Source: a virus
Lineage: Duplodnaviria > Caudoviricetes
Virus record (IMG/VR): IMGVR_UViG_3300050011_000409
Coordinates: 1 to 54,430 of that record
Length of the DNA stretch: 54,430 nucleotides
Reading direction: 5' to 3' (one strand)
Positions 27,340-35,940 of this stretch are shown piece by piece (the stretch's first letter is position 1; every line of letters begins with the position of its first letter). Both the position numbers and the translations under genes were made by a program. The notes beneath the pieces are model-generated. The model saw nothing but the letters and a program-made list of their open reading frames with translations. It was not told the origin of the DNA and did not search any database.

Positions 27340-28328
27340 ATGCAAAAGTAATTGGAGCAAACCAAAAAAGAGGCGGCGCGAATCAACCTCCAAGGGGAGA
27401 TAAATCTTTTATCATGTCCCGCACGCAGCTTGTGGCTTTCGCCTTGAATCCCGCCAAGTGGATTGACGGTGGAGAAGTCGAAGAGGAGTCCAAGGCGATG
27501 AGGTTTGGTAGTGTGCTGGATTGTCTGGCGACCACGCCGGACGAACTGCTGAAAAAGTTTGCCGTGACGCCCGAACTCTATCCGGCCACGCCGAAGAAAA
27601 AAGGCGACGAACCGGAAATGAAAAAGTGGCATTCATCTACATATTGCGACAAATGGAAGGCGGACAAAGAGGCCGAAGGATTCACCGTCGTCTCGCCAAG
27701 TCTTTTTGAGGATGCAAAAAAAGCTCATGCTGCCCTACACGCCAACAGTGCTGCTGCCGAGCTTATCGAATGCTCGGAAAAGCAGGTTTTAATCTCGGCG
27801 GATTGGAAGGACTCAAAAACTCGGCTGATGATTCCTTTCAGCGGACTGATTGATCTTGTGCCGCCACCGAATCACCCCGTCTGGGGCAAGAGCCTTGGGG
27901 ACATAAAAACTACCGCTAACGCCAACCCTGCTCTTTGGGCTAGAAAAATTGACGATTCAGGATACGACGTTCAAGGTGCGCTTTACTTTGACATCTACCG
28001 AGCTGCTCGACCAAACGAGGACAGAACTGACTTTGTGCATTTGGTGCAGGAGAGTGTTTTTCCGTTCCATGTTGTCAATCCTATTCCCGCCCTAACCTCC
28101 GAATTTTTGTCGTGGGGTCAGGAAAAGTATCAGTCAGCCTTGGCGAGATACGCTCAATGTCTGGCGACGAGCGTGTGGCCGTCCTACGCTGTTGCCGGAC
28201 TTCGATTCGGCCCGACGCAGTTAATCGGCCCGGACGAGCTTTGGAATTATCGAAAAGCCGGTGGAGTTGAAATGGCCAAGCGAATTGAATATCAACCCAA
28301 ACTTGAGTCTGAAGATGTCCCGTCTTGA
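27330..28328 (+). CDS. PD-(D/E)XK exonuclease, RecE/ExoVIII-like
   Basis: AMRFGSVLD, SGLIDLV..GDIKTT, GYDVQGALY. Confidence 0.82.
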   Translation: MFINAKVIGANQKRGGANQPPRGDKSFIMSRTQLVAFALNPAKWIDGGEVEEESKAMRFGSVLDCLATTPDELLKKFAVTPELYPATPKKKGDEPEMKKWHSSTYCDKWKADKEAEGFTVVSPSLFEDAKKAHAALHANSAAAELIECSEKQVLISADWKDSKTRLMIPFSGLIDLVPPPNHPVWGKSLGDIKTTANANPALWARKIDDSGYDVQGALYFDIYRAARPNEDRTDFVHLVQESVFPFHVVNPIPALTSEFLSWGQEKYQSALARYAQCLATSVWPSYAVAGLRFGPTQLIGPDELWNYRKAGGVEMAKRIEYQPKLESEDVPS

Positions 28329-28338
28329 AACAAATTCC

Positions 28339-28614
28339 ATGAGCACATTCAAGCGCGGGAATACTCGGCGTCGTCTTCAGCGACTTGTCGGGGCGTATCC
28401 AGAAGGAACCGCACTAATGAGAATGCGCAAAGGGAAAGAATTATTTGACTGGGCGGTGGCCGCCGCAGCCGATGACAACGAAGAAACATTGAAGGCACAT
28501 GCTGGGCGTTGGATGCCCTTTGCCGAACTCATGGCCGTCGCCTTCAATCGCCCTAACGAATCAAGCTCTGCCACGAGTGGTGGGCAGGGCGTAACCAATG
28601 CAAACAAACCGTAA
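28339..28614 (+). CDS. Cassette-like ORF 1 (hypothetical), reading into attC-like site 1
   Basis: Spans a degenerate attC 3' half (RRRLQRLVG) at its start and attC1 at its end. Confidence 0.45.
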   Translation: MSTFKRGNTRRRLQRLVGAYPEGTALMRMRKGKELFDWAVAAAADDNEETLKAHAGRWMPFAELMAVAFNRPNESSSATSGGQGVTNANKP

Positions 28615-28677
28615 AATTAACGCGATGCCGCCAACCTCAAGGGACACCACTCGTTGTGCAGCAGCGCGTTGTTAGGC
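28551..28677 (+). mobile_element. Integron attC-like recombination site 1 (127 bp)
   Basis: CCCTAAC ... GTTAGGC ends; arms gct-ctgc-c-acgagtggtg / caccactcgt-tgt-gcag-c-agc with bulged bases. Confidence 0.7.
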
Positions 28678-28681
28678 GTGT

Positions 28682-28906
28682 ATGAACGAACAAACCGAAG
28701 CCCGACTGCATGAAATAATGAGCATCGCCAGAAAGCTGTCATGGCTCTACAAAAATCCAACTGGCTACCCAATGATGCAGGGCAGCGAAGTGGAAAAATG
28801 TATCCTGATGGCACTGGATGACCGCGAACTCGAACGCTTCCGAGAGGCGGTGAAGGATGCTGATGTCATCACCATCAACCGCAACATAAACCCTCAACAC
28901 GCCTAA
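28682..28906 (+). CDS. Cassette ORF 2 (hypothetical, 74 aa)
   Basis: ATG 4 nt after GTTAGGC; stop TAA lies inside GCCTAAC of attC2. Confidence 0.7.
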   Translation: MNEQTEARLHEIMSIARKLSWLYKNPTGYPMMQGSEVEKCILMALDDRELERFREAVKDADVITINRNINPQHA

Positions 28907-28990
28907 CGCCACAAGCTGAGGCACAGCGGACTAGGCGCGTGGATTGCAATGACGGCGCTAACCGCTGTTGCCTCCAGCGCGTTGTTAAAC
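28901..28990 (+). mobile_element. Integron attC-like recombination site 2 (90 bp)
   Basis: GCCTAAC ... GTTAAAC; arms gctg-aggca-cagcgg / ccgctg-T-tgcct-C-cagc with two extrahelical bases. Confidence 0.78.
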
Positions 28991-29001
28991 GGCCCAAAAA
29001 C

Positions 29002-29217
29002 GTGACGGCCAACGCACAGAAAACATGCTGCAACTGGCTGGCTTTCTGCCTGACGCTAGGATGGAAGAAAGATTCACTGGATGCGCTCGAACAAATGTGG
29101 TGGGACTACCATGACCGAACCGGAAAACTCGTCAGGCCGCACGCCGCTGATGAGCCGCGTGGCGCGCGTGAAAGTCACGCGGGCGCAAGCACGATTTCAG
29201 GTGGTGGCATTTTATGA
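29002..29217 (+). CDS. Cassette-like ORF 3 (hypothetical)
   Basis: GTG shortly after attC2; WLAFCLTLGW..LEQMWWDYH; runs into a decayed attC 5' half at about 29136. Confidence 0.5.
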   Translation: MTANAQKTCCNWLAFCLTLGWKKDSLDALEQMWWDYHDRTGKLVRPHAADEPRGARESHAGASTISGGGIL

Positions 29218-30476
29218 TCAGTGAACTTGATGCCAGCTTCTTCCTCCGTTTCGATATTCCTTAAAATATCGGCCAGAGATTCAACGCAGGCGTCCGCGCC
29301 GTCCGGCAACAGGTCGGCGAGCCTGTTCATTTCCTCCGCGACTTCGGTTGGAGTGTCGCCCACAGCCAGCAGCCAGCCGATTTCCTCAATGGACGGCCCG
29401 TCCGCTGGAAACCAAATCTTTCCGTCGAGTTCACAGCAGTCACAAACCTTCAGCCAAGGCTTGAGTTCATCCGGGAGAACGATGGAAGCCCAGGAATCTG
29501 ACTCGCCCTTTATCTTGACCATGCACTCGGCGGAAAACTTGAAGCCGTAATCAGTGTCGACCAGTTCGCCATCCGCGCCGTGCCATAGTATTTCCGGCAC
29601 GTTCGCGGCGGCTAAGAAGGAGGCGGTGGACGGCATACCGCCGCGCGCTGTGGCGTCAATGAAGTAGGCTTCGGCTCCGGTGACGCGGACTTCCATTGAC
29701 CACTGGCAACTATATTCACTTTCGGCGAGAAACGGCGAGAACGCATCCATGATATGGGTAAGTTCATCGGGCATTTCCCGTTTGAGTGTGACGGCGGAGA
29801 AATAGGCTTCATCTTTTTGTTCAATTCCGTGGAGCATAGTGGCTGGCCACTGGCCATGCACGCAAAATGTGTCCGCGCCGATTTCGAGTTTGGTGTCAAT
29901 CTTGTCGAAAACGAGGAATGGGACGTGTTCTTTCAAGCCGCCAAGCTTCACTGCCCAGAGGTCGAGATTTTCTGCGTCCTCGCGCCAACTGCGCCAGTGT
30001 TTGGTTTCCAAGCTTCCTCTCCAAAATGAAACCTTGATGAATTGATCCTTTTTGTCTTTGAGATAATCGGCCAAAGCCGAAAGACCGACAAGGCTACGAT
30101 GGGGTGCGATTGCCAGACCAAGCTCGCCGAGTTTTTGGAAAAAGAATTCTCGGTTGGTTTCCAGTCTCATGCCGGCCCCGGCCCCCCAGACGCGGCAGCC
30201 TTGGGCGCGCAAATCAGCTTGCAGGCCTTGGTGGTAAATGTCCGGGAAAACCCATAGGTCAATTTTGTTTTTTATAGCCCACGGGTCATTACAGCGAATG
30301 ATGTCATCGAAACCCGCGCCTATGATGCCTTCGTTCAGTGTCGGAAACGCCTTTTCAAAAGGCGTGTGGTAATAGACCTTTCCGAATCCACCGGGTTCGG
30401 CTAGTCGCCGGGCCAGCGGGAGAAAAAATCCGTGGTCAAAAACCAAGACCGTGCGGTTTGAAAAATCCTCGCTCAC
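29175..30476 (-). CDS. ATP-grasp ligase, PurD (GARS)-like
   Basis: VWGAGAGMRLETNREFF, FIKVS, WSMEVRV..YFIDATARGGMP follow the GARS ATP-grasp layout. Confidence 0.75.
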   Translation of the reverse strand: MSEDFSNRTVLVFDHGFFLPLARRLAEPGGFGKVYYHTPFEKAFPTLNEGIIGAGFDDIIRCNDPWAIKNKIDLWVFPDIYHQGLQADLRAQGCRVWGAGAGMRLETNREFFFQKLGELGLAIAPHRSLVGLSALADYLKDKKDQFIKVSFWRGSLETKHWRSWREDAENLDLWAVKLGGLKEHVPFLVFDKIDTKLEIGADTFCVHGQWPATMLHGIEQKDEAYFSAVTLKREMPDELTHIMDAFSPFLAESEYSCQWSMEVRVTGAEAYFIDATARGGMPSTASFLAAANVPEILWHGADGELVDTDYGFKFSAECMVKIKGESDSWASIVLPDELKPWLKVCDCCELDGKIWFPADGPSIEEIGWLLAVGDTPTEVAEEMNRLADLLPDGADACVESLADILRNIETEEEAGIKFTDHKMPPPEIVLAPA

Positions 30477-30886
30477 AAATTCAATTCGCCATAGGTGCCA
30501 TAATTGACGGTGAGTTCTTCGCCTTCGGCAATCTCCCGTAGCGTGAAGAAGTCTCCATCCCGTTCTTCCATATTAGGAGTCTTGCTGTGGTTCAAAAACC
30601 ATGCCACCCCACACGAGTTGAGACTGTGATTCGGGATGTCAAAAACGCCGTCATTTTCGGGGCACAAATCTACCACCAATTGCATGATGGATTTGGGAAG
30701 TTGGGCGGATTCAATAGCGGCTCTGGTGCAAGTTTCAAACACGCACGGCCTGTCCTCTTGCATCGGATTGATGCCCTTGGGGATTGGCCGGACGGCGATG
30801 ACGCCTACGCCTTGGATTTTGCTCGCGCCGATGCGGCAGAACACTTTTGTTTTGAGGTCGTTTATGAATTCAGTTGCGGTGATCAT
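30473..30886 (-). CDS. SET-domain lysine methyltransferase
   Basis: SKIQGVGVIA, FLNHSKTPN, REIAEGEELTVNY. Confidence 0.92.
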   Translation of the reverse strand: MITATEFINDLKTKVFCRIGASKIQGVGVIAVRPIPKGINPMQEDRPCVFETCTRAAIESAQLPKSIMQLVVDLCPENDGVFDIPNHSLNSCGVAWFLNHSKTPNMEERDGDFFTLREIAEGEELTVNYGTYGELNL

Positions 30887-30893
30887 AGTATTT

Positions 30894-31094
30894 TTATTGC
30901 TCCATTATTTTTTTGGTTTCTCTGGCCTGGCCATCCATGAAAGTGAAAACACCGATGCCAACCATCACGCTTATAACCGCGATGAGTAAAACTCCAAGCC
31001 AGTATCGGCCATGATCAAGTTCAAGGCCGGCCCACACACCCGTTGGCATTTCGAGGGCGTAAAGCACGGCGGAAATATATTTGGATAGATTCAT
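30894..31094 (-). CDS. Small membrane protein
   Basis: Hydrophobic segment YWLGVLLIAVISVMVGIGVFTFM; ATGA overlap. Confidence 0.6.
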   Translation of the reverse strand: MNLSKYISAVLYALEMPTGVWAGLELDHGRYWLGVLLIAVISVMVGIGVFTFMDGQARETKKIMEQ

Positions 31095-31321
31095 GGAAGG
31101 ACGTGTTTTTTAATTCTTGGCTGGCGGCGTTTGATCACTTCAACCTGAACTTGCCGGACCGTTTCCGACACCGGCTCGGTCTTACGCAAGACGGGCGGGT
31201 GTTTGGCGAGCGCGTCTTTTTCGATTTCGTCCCAAAACGGCGAAACCATCGTCCGGCGGAGATGGGAGTCAATCGCGGCGCGCGTGTTCCGTTCGTCAAT
31301 TTCCTTTGGATTCAGTTCCAT
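31091..31321 (-). CDS. Hypothetical protein
   Basis: Overlaps the portal 3' end and is coupled to the next gene. Confidence 0.5.
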   Translation of the reverse strand: MELNPKEIDERNTRAAIDSHLRRTMVSPFWDEIEKDALAKHPPVLRKTEPVSETVRQVQVEVIKRRQPRIKKHVLP

Positions 31322-33677
31322 GGTCGAAAAAGTCTTTCATCCGGTTGTGGGCGAGTTCCTGCAAATGCTCCTGGTCTTTTTGACGGGACTCCTGCTCAAA
31401 TGTAATCTGACGCTGTGCTGTTCTTTGAGCATGGGACTCTCTGGCATTATCAGCTTTCAGTTTGGCCATCATCATGGTGCTTTGCAGTTTGGCCGCAGCC
31501 TCTGGGTCCATTCCGCCGTTTCCCTTCTGCTGTTTCTTCATGGCCTCTTGTGCGCGCTGGGCGAAGCCCTTGACAGCGTTCATCAACTGAGCGAGCGCGT
31601 CCGTGTAGTGTTTGGCCTTTTCCTTTACCGTATCATCGGGCGGAACCCCTTTGACGTGCATCGGCTTTTCGTCTTCGGAAAATAGTTTGATGTGGCTGGC
31701 GATGCCATTGCCCGGGACTGGCTGGCCCTGGATCGTCTCGCCGGCGAGGTTTTGGAGGCCGTTGATTTCGTCCGGGGTGCCCACGCCGCCCCGCTGGGTG
31801 ATTTGCTGGACCTTGGCGGCCATAGTTGCCAGCAGCGCCTCGATATATTCGGAATGATTTACGCCTTCCTTCAGGGCGACCGGCAAGCCTTGCAGCATGA
31901 CGCCGGCGGCCAGTTGCGCGTCGTGGATTGAGTCGCTGATCACCGGCTGGTCGGGCACGGCCTGCCGCGCGAGTTCGTAATCGTCGGTGAGTGAGGCGAG
32001 GCCCAGGCGCATGAAATTGCGCTGCGCGGTCGGGTCGAGCTTGTTGTAATACAGCAGCATGATTTTGTCGAAGATGGCATTTTGCAGCATCTTGTTGCCG
32101 CCGCCCATGACCCGCACCGGCTGCACATTCCAGCGTTCGATTTCCAGCATTTCCTCCGGGACACCCGATTTGAGGACCGCCAGACGGAACTGGCGCACGT
32201 CGGCATCGCGGCTGTTCTGGATGCAAAAGCGACGGCAGATTTCGTCATACTGGAATTTCTGATAATTGTAAGCCTGGTTGAGCAGGCCACTGACCAGCGC
32301 GGCGCTGGTGTTGACCTTGGCCATGGTGCGCGTGGCGGTTTCATTCTCGCCGGCCTCCTGGTCGAAGTCCTGGGTGAATGAGGCGGAATTGTCGGACATG
32401 ATCTGTCGGTTTTTTGCCAACGCCATTTTGATAAGTTCGCCGTCCACTTCCCAACGCTCATCCCGTTTTACAAATTGCAGACCGTCCGGCAGTGCCTTTT
32501 TGTCCGTGAGATCCACTTTCCACGCGCGCTCGGAGTCAACGGAATTTGTGACACGAAAATACTGCATCAACTGCTCGAACGTGCTTTCGTCGAACTTGCA
32601 GTTGAGGCGGTTTTGGACGTGACAGATCGAGTAGAGTAGGAAGCCGAGCGAGCGGACGGTGTGATAGCGGAACGGCGCCACGCAGGAACAATCCGCAAAC
32701 TGGAAATGGACTGTCTCGCTCAACTTGTCGCAAAATACGGGGTTGCGGCGTTCTTCGGAATCGTAGAGGAAATCGCTTTTGTCGAAATTCCATTGGCCGT
32801 ATTTGCCAGATTGTTTGCTGGGTTTTACGTTCAATGACATACCGCCCGCGCCGCCGATCCCAGGCTCGCCCCAAGCATCGAGGATGATCTTTTTTCGCCA
32901 GCCGGACCTCTTGCCGTCATCGTTCCAATAGATAAACTCGAAACAGTCTATGGTTGGGACACAATCAGAGGCGTAGTAGCCGCCGTCCTGTTTGATACGT
33001 TCCTCCATTTTTTCTGGCGACCAGACTGGAAGGTAAGCCGCCGAAGACAGGGCATGTGTTTGGTCGTTGACCCACTTTACGCACTTTTCAGCCTTTTCAA
33101 TGTTCCAGCCGGGATCAACTTGGGGCTTGTGTGTATTCTCCCAAAGTTCTCGGGCGCTGTATTGGCGGTAACGGGCGAGGAACGGGAGGTTGCTCAGCGA
33201 GAGCAGCGTGTTGGATGGGACCAAAATATCCTCGATGCCATCGGATTCCGGGCACCACGCATGCGCGTCCGGCCAGCTTGACGGCCCGATGCCGTGCATG
33301 ACCAACTGCGCAAAGATACTGCGGCGAGTTTCGAGATAGCGCAGCGAGCCTTTGATCTTTTTGTTCACCTTGTCTTGGAGGCTGGCGGCCCAGTCGCGGC
33401 GCTTCCAGACGGGACCGGAATCGAGTTCGACGGTGAACAACGGATCAGGCGCGAGAAACGCATTCGACAATTGACGGCGCGCGTTGTGCGCGATGTTGGA
33501 CATGGACAGGTCGTTGTAATTGACGGCGATCTGGCCGGCCGCAACTTCATCCTCGCTGTAAGGAGGCCAGCCGTTTGCCAATTCGTTGATCCGTGTCCGG
33601 TTTTTTGCGCGCGGCCAATCCGCCAAACGGAGTTCTGAAACAATCTCTTCTACTAGTTGTGGGTTTGAAAAATTCAT
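31296..33677 (-). CDS. Probable portal protein (P22-like, with a C-terminal coiled-coil barrel)
   Basis: 793 aa; N-terminal R..INELANGWPPY..NYN, ETATRT motif, Q/K-rich helical C-terminus. Confidence 0.72.
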   Translation of the reverse strand: MNFSNPQLVEEIVSELRLADWPRAKNRTRINELANGWPPYSEDEVAAGQIAVNYNDLSMSNIAHNARRQLSNAFLAPDPLFTVELDSGPVWKRRDWAASLQDKVNKKIKGSLRYLETRRSIFAQLVMHGIGPSSWPDAHAWCPESDGIEDILVPSNTLLSLSNLPFLARYRQYSARELWENTHKPQVDPGWNIEKAEKCVKWVNDQTHALSSAAYLPVWSPEKMEERIKQDGGYYASDCVPTIDCFEFIYWNDDGKRSGWRKKIILDAWGEPGIGGAGGMSLNVKPSKQSGKYGQWNFDKSDFLYDSEERRNPVFCDKLSETVHFQFADCSCVAPFRYHTVRSLGFLLYSICHVQNRLNCKFDESTFEQLMQYFRVTNSVDSERAWKVDLTDKKALPDGLQFVKRDERWEVDGELIKMALAKNRQIMSDNSASFTQDFDQEAGENETATRTMAKVNTSAALVSGLLNQAYNYQKFQYDEICRRFCIQNSRDADVRQFRLAVLKSGVPEEMLEIERWNVQPVRVMGGGNKMLQNAIFDKIMLLYYNKLDPTAQRNFMRLGLASLTDDYELARQAVPDQPVISDSIHDAQLAAGVMLQGLPVALKEGVNHSEYIEALLATMAAKVQQITQRGGVGTPDEINGLQNLAGETIQGQPVPGNGIASHIKLFSEDEKPMHVKGVPPDDTVKEKAKHYTDALAQLMNAVKGFAQRAQEAMKKQQKGNGGMDPEAAAKLQSTMMMAKLKADNARESHAQRTAQRQITFEQESRQKDQEHLQELAHNRMKDFFDHGTESKGN

Positions 33678-33680
33678 TGC

Positions 33681-33700
33681 TATCGTTAACTTTAACGATA
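33681..33700. promoter_or_regulatory. Perfect 9-bp inverted repeat immediately upstream of the portal ATG
   Basis: tatcgttaa-ct-ttaacgata. Confidence 0.45.
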
Positions 33701-33745
33701 ACGTGAAACTTCAAAAGCGCAAGATACTAAAATAGTAGGGTTAAA

Positions 33746-33940
33746 TCAGCGTTTTTTGGGTTTGAGCAGGCAGCCGCAACTTCTGGTATTTCCTTGAATC
33801 AGGTGGTGGCTGGTGACATCCTTCTCCTTGCCACAGTCGCAGCGGCAAATCCAAGATGCCCCGAATCCTTTTTTTGTGCCCCGTCGGATCACCAAGAGTC
33901 GGCCGAAGCGTTGACCCTCCAAATTTTTGACTGCTGGCAT
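33746..33940 (-). CDS. Stand-alone homing-endonuclease N-terminal Cys module (truncated HNH)
   Basis: NLEGQRFGRLLV..WICRCDCG..RSCGCL, the same module as 3344..4078 but without a nuclease domain. Confidence 0.7.
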   Translation of the reverse strand: MPAVKNLEGQRFGRLLVIRRGTKKGFGASWICRCDCGKEKDVTSHHLIQGNTRSCGCLLKPKKR

Positions 33941-33956
33941 TGCTCGCCGTTCAGTG

Positions 33957-34376
33957 TTATTGAGGGTTGATTTGCAGCCGGAAGAAAACCGGCGTGTTGC
34001 TCCACACAACCAAGTTGGTGCTGCTCTGGACGGTGATGAGATACGTCGGCGGCGCGGGAACCTGCAAGTAGGTAAAGTTGCTAAACTGGCTTTCTACACC
34101 CGCCGCATCAATCGCCGTCGCTGCAAATGTATAGTTCGCCGATACAATTTGGTTCAAAGTCGCATTGGTGACATTTCCGATGGTTACAACCTGAACCGCA
34201 TTTGTAGCAAAGCAGTTGGTGTCTGGCGAGTTCGTCCATGCGTAGATTTTATACGCGATGACGTTGGTGCTGATGGATGGCTTCCAAGCCAGCGTCACGC
34301 CAGAAGCAGGACAGGACAAGACGACGAACAGGGCGACAGCGAGTATCACCGCGATTTTGAAAAATGAGTTTTTCAT
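33957..34376 (-). CDS. Secreted fibronectin type III protein with a Verrucomicrobia-style C-terminal motif
   Basis: Signal peptide, VTLAW..YKIY..YTFAATAIDAAGVESQFSN, then QSSTNLVVW..FFRL. Confidence 0.78.
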   Translation of the reverse strand: MKNSFFKIAVILAVALFVVLSCPASGVTLAWKPSISTNVIAYKIYAWTNSPDTNCFATNAVQVVTIGNVTNATLNQIVSANYTFAATAIDAAGVESQFSNFTYLQVPAPPTYLITVQSSTNLVVWSNTPVFFRLQINPQ

Positions 34377-34385
34377 AATTACATT

Positions 34386-35027
34386 TCAAACGTCAACCGA
34401 ACGGAACGGCCACGAATTTTTAGCAAGGATAGGGTCATCCTTATCCCACGCCCAGTTTTGGTCAACCCGGTCCTCGTGCTGCGGATGAAAAACGACGCGC
34501 GAGCCGGTCAGGTCGTAACAATAGTTACCGAACTCGGACATGAAGAAATTTACAAGCCAGTTGTCAAAGACGATGCGGCCCAGCCTGAAATCGGCGGGTA
34601 TTTTTTCGGCAACCTTTTTCCAAATCATGGGTGTGGCGGCGAAGAAGTCGAGGCCGTAGTCTACGAGCCGCGCCTTGCTGGTGTCGCCATCTTCGAGCAC
34701 GGTCCAGCGGCGGGACACGGCGCAGCCGGCGAGATTGCTCCGCAATGCTTCTTCCACGCGGCGAAAGTTTGGCGGGATGATGATGTCCGCATTCACGATG
34801 CAGGACCAGTCATTTAGGCCGCCGCAAAATCCGGCGATGGCTTTGATCGTCGGCTTTTCTTTGCACGGCAGAAAAACGGTCTTGACCGAGTGCATCCGTT
34901 GGTCGCGGTCATTGAAATAAAAAATCTGCTTGGCGATGCGCTCCCAAGAGCGGTTGGCGGTGATTTGGTGCTGCCAAATTTTTGCAGGGCAGCCGTCGAA
35001 GGGTTTGAAAGACGAGCAGAATATCAT
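34386..35027 (-). CDS. Glycosyltransferase-like protein (GT-A)
   Basis: IVNADIII, GLDFF, LGRIVFDNWL, FHPQH. Confidence 0.6.
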   Translation of the reverse strand: MIFCSSFKPFDGCPAKIWQHQITANRSWERIAKQIFYFNDRDQRMHSVKTVFLPCKEKPTIKAIAGFCGGLNDWSCIVNADIIIPPNFRRVEEALRSNLAGCAVSRRWTVLEDGDTSKARLVDYGLDFFAATPMIWKKVAEKIPADFRLGRIVFDNWLVNFFMSEFGNYCYDLTGSRVVFHPQHEDRVDQNWAWDKDDPILAKNSWPFRSVDV

Positions 35028-35061
35028 AATGCAGACATTAAATCAGGTGGTGGTGGTAAAG

Positions 35062-35721
35062 TCAACTACAAAACGGGGTCGCCAGTTTTGATTGCACACG
35101 CGCGATCATCAGCGCGGCAGCGGCATCCCATTCCCGGCACATATCCGTCCAATCCCGCCCCGCATGAAGATACATGGCCTCTCTCTCGGAACCCGGCTCT
35201 AAGGGCCTCAAGTGGTGGGCGACGTTCACCGGAGCCATCACGCCGCGCCCTGACAGCCGCGCGTAGGCGTCGAATATCCTGTCAATGGTGCCCGTGCCTG
35301 CGCAGAACTGGCCGCACGCCTCGCATAAATCCCGCCGAACCATCGGCAACGCCCAATCATACCGATCCGCCGTGCCCTGATGAATGGCCGCGCCAGCCAC
35401 CCCGAATGGCGTGTTTTTAAGAGCCTCGATGTAAAGTTCATCCCAGCGCGGCGTCACCATTTCCGCGTCATCGTTCCAGGCCAGCAACAGGTCGCCCGTT
35501 GACCGGCGGTAACATTCCTCGTAGTAAATGTGATTCCCGGTGTAACCCAACGATGGCCCCAGAATTGCCGAGGGGAAAACCATGGCGCCTGGATCATCGT
35601 CGTCCATCCTCAGCAGGATCTCGATTTCCTTCGGGTTGGCCGCCCTTGACAACAAAAAGTGAATTGATTCGGCCAGTAGATGCGCGTTACCACGGCTCGG
35701 AATGAGGACGCTGATGTTCAT
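35062..35721 (-). CDS. Glycosyltransferase family 2
   Basis: ISVLIPSRG, LLRMDDDD, TGDLLLAWNDD. Confidence 0.85.
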   Translation of the reverse strand: MNISVLIPSRGNAHLLAESIHFLLSRAANPKEIEILLRMDDDDPGAMVFPSAILGPSLGYTGNHIYYEECYRRSTGDLLLAWNDDAEMVTPRWDELYIEALKNTPFGVAGAAIHQGTADRYDWALPMVRRDLCEACGQFCAGTGTIDRIFDAYARLSGRGVMAPVNVAHHLRPLEPGSEREAMYLHAGRDWTDMCREWDAAAALMIARVQSKLATPFCS

Positions 35722-35926
35722 TTAGTTGTTGTGGGGGTGAAGTATCGGCTGGCGTGGGATTGGTTTCGAGTTTCGGCAGAACGCGCTGGATGAAGTCGTT
35801 CAAGTCCTTCAAGTCATCGAAAGTGGCGGCTGACCGGCCGTAGTTCCAAGTAACCGAATAGCGGAAGTCAGGTAGGATTTTCACCGTGGCACCTTTACGA
35901 GGAACGAATGGTAGTGGGTCGTTCAT
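35687..35926 (-). CDS. Hypothetical protein
   Basis: Fills the gap within the GT cluster. Confidence 0.45.
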   Translation of the reverse strand: MNDPLPFVPRKGATVKILPDFRYSVTWNYGRSAATFDDLKDLNDFIQRVLPKLETNPTPADTSPPQQLNEHQRPHSEPW

Positions 35927-35940
35927 TTTTGAAATAAAGT

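Noticed and set aside
28551-28990. CRISPR array or simple terminators
   Set aside because: The elements are long imperfect palindromes of unequal length separated by whole ORFs, with no identical repeats and no U-tracts; attC fits better.
29175-30476. Gene symbol purD / auxiliary purine metabolism
   Set aside because: Only the ATP-grasp layout is recognisable; the canonical N-terminal GxGGRE motif is absent and no other pur genes are present.
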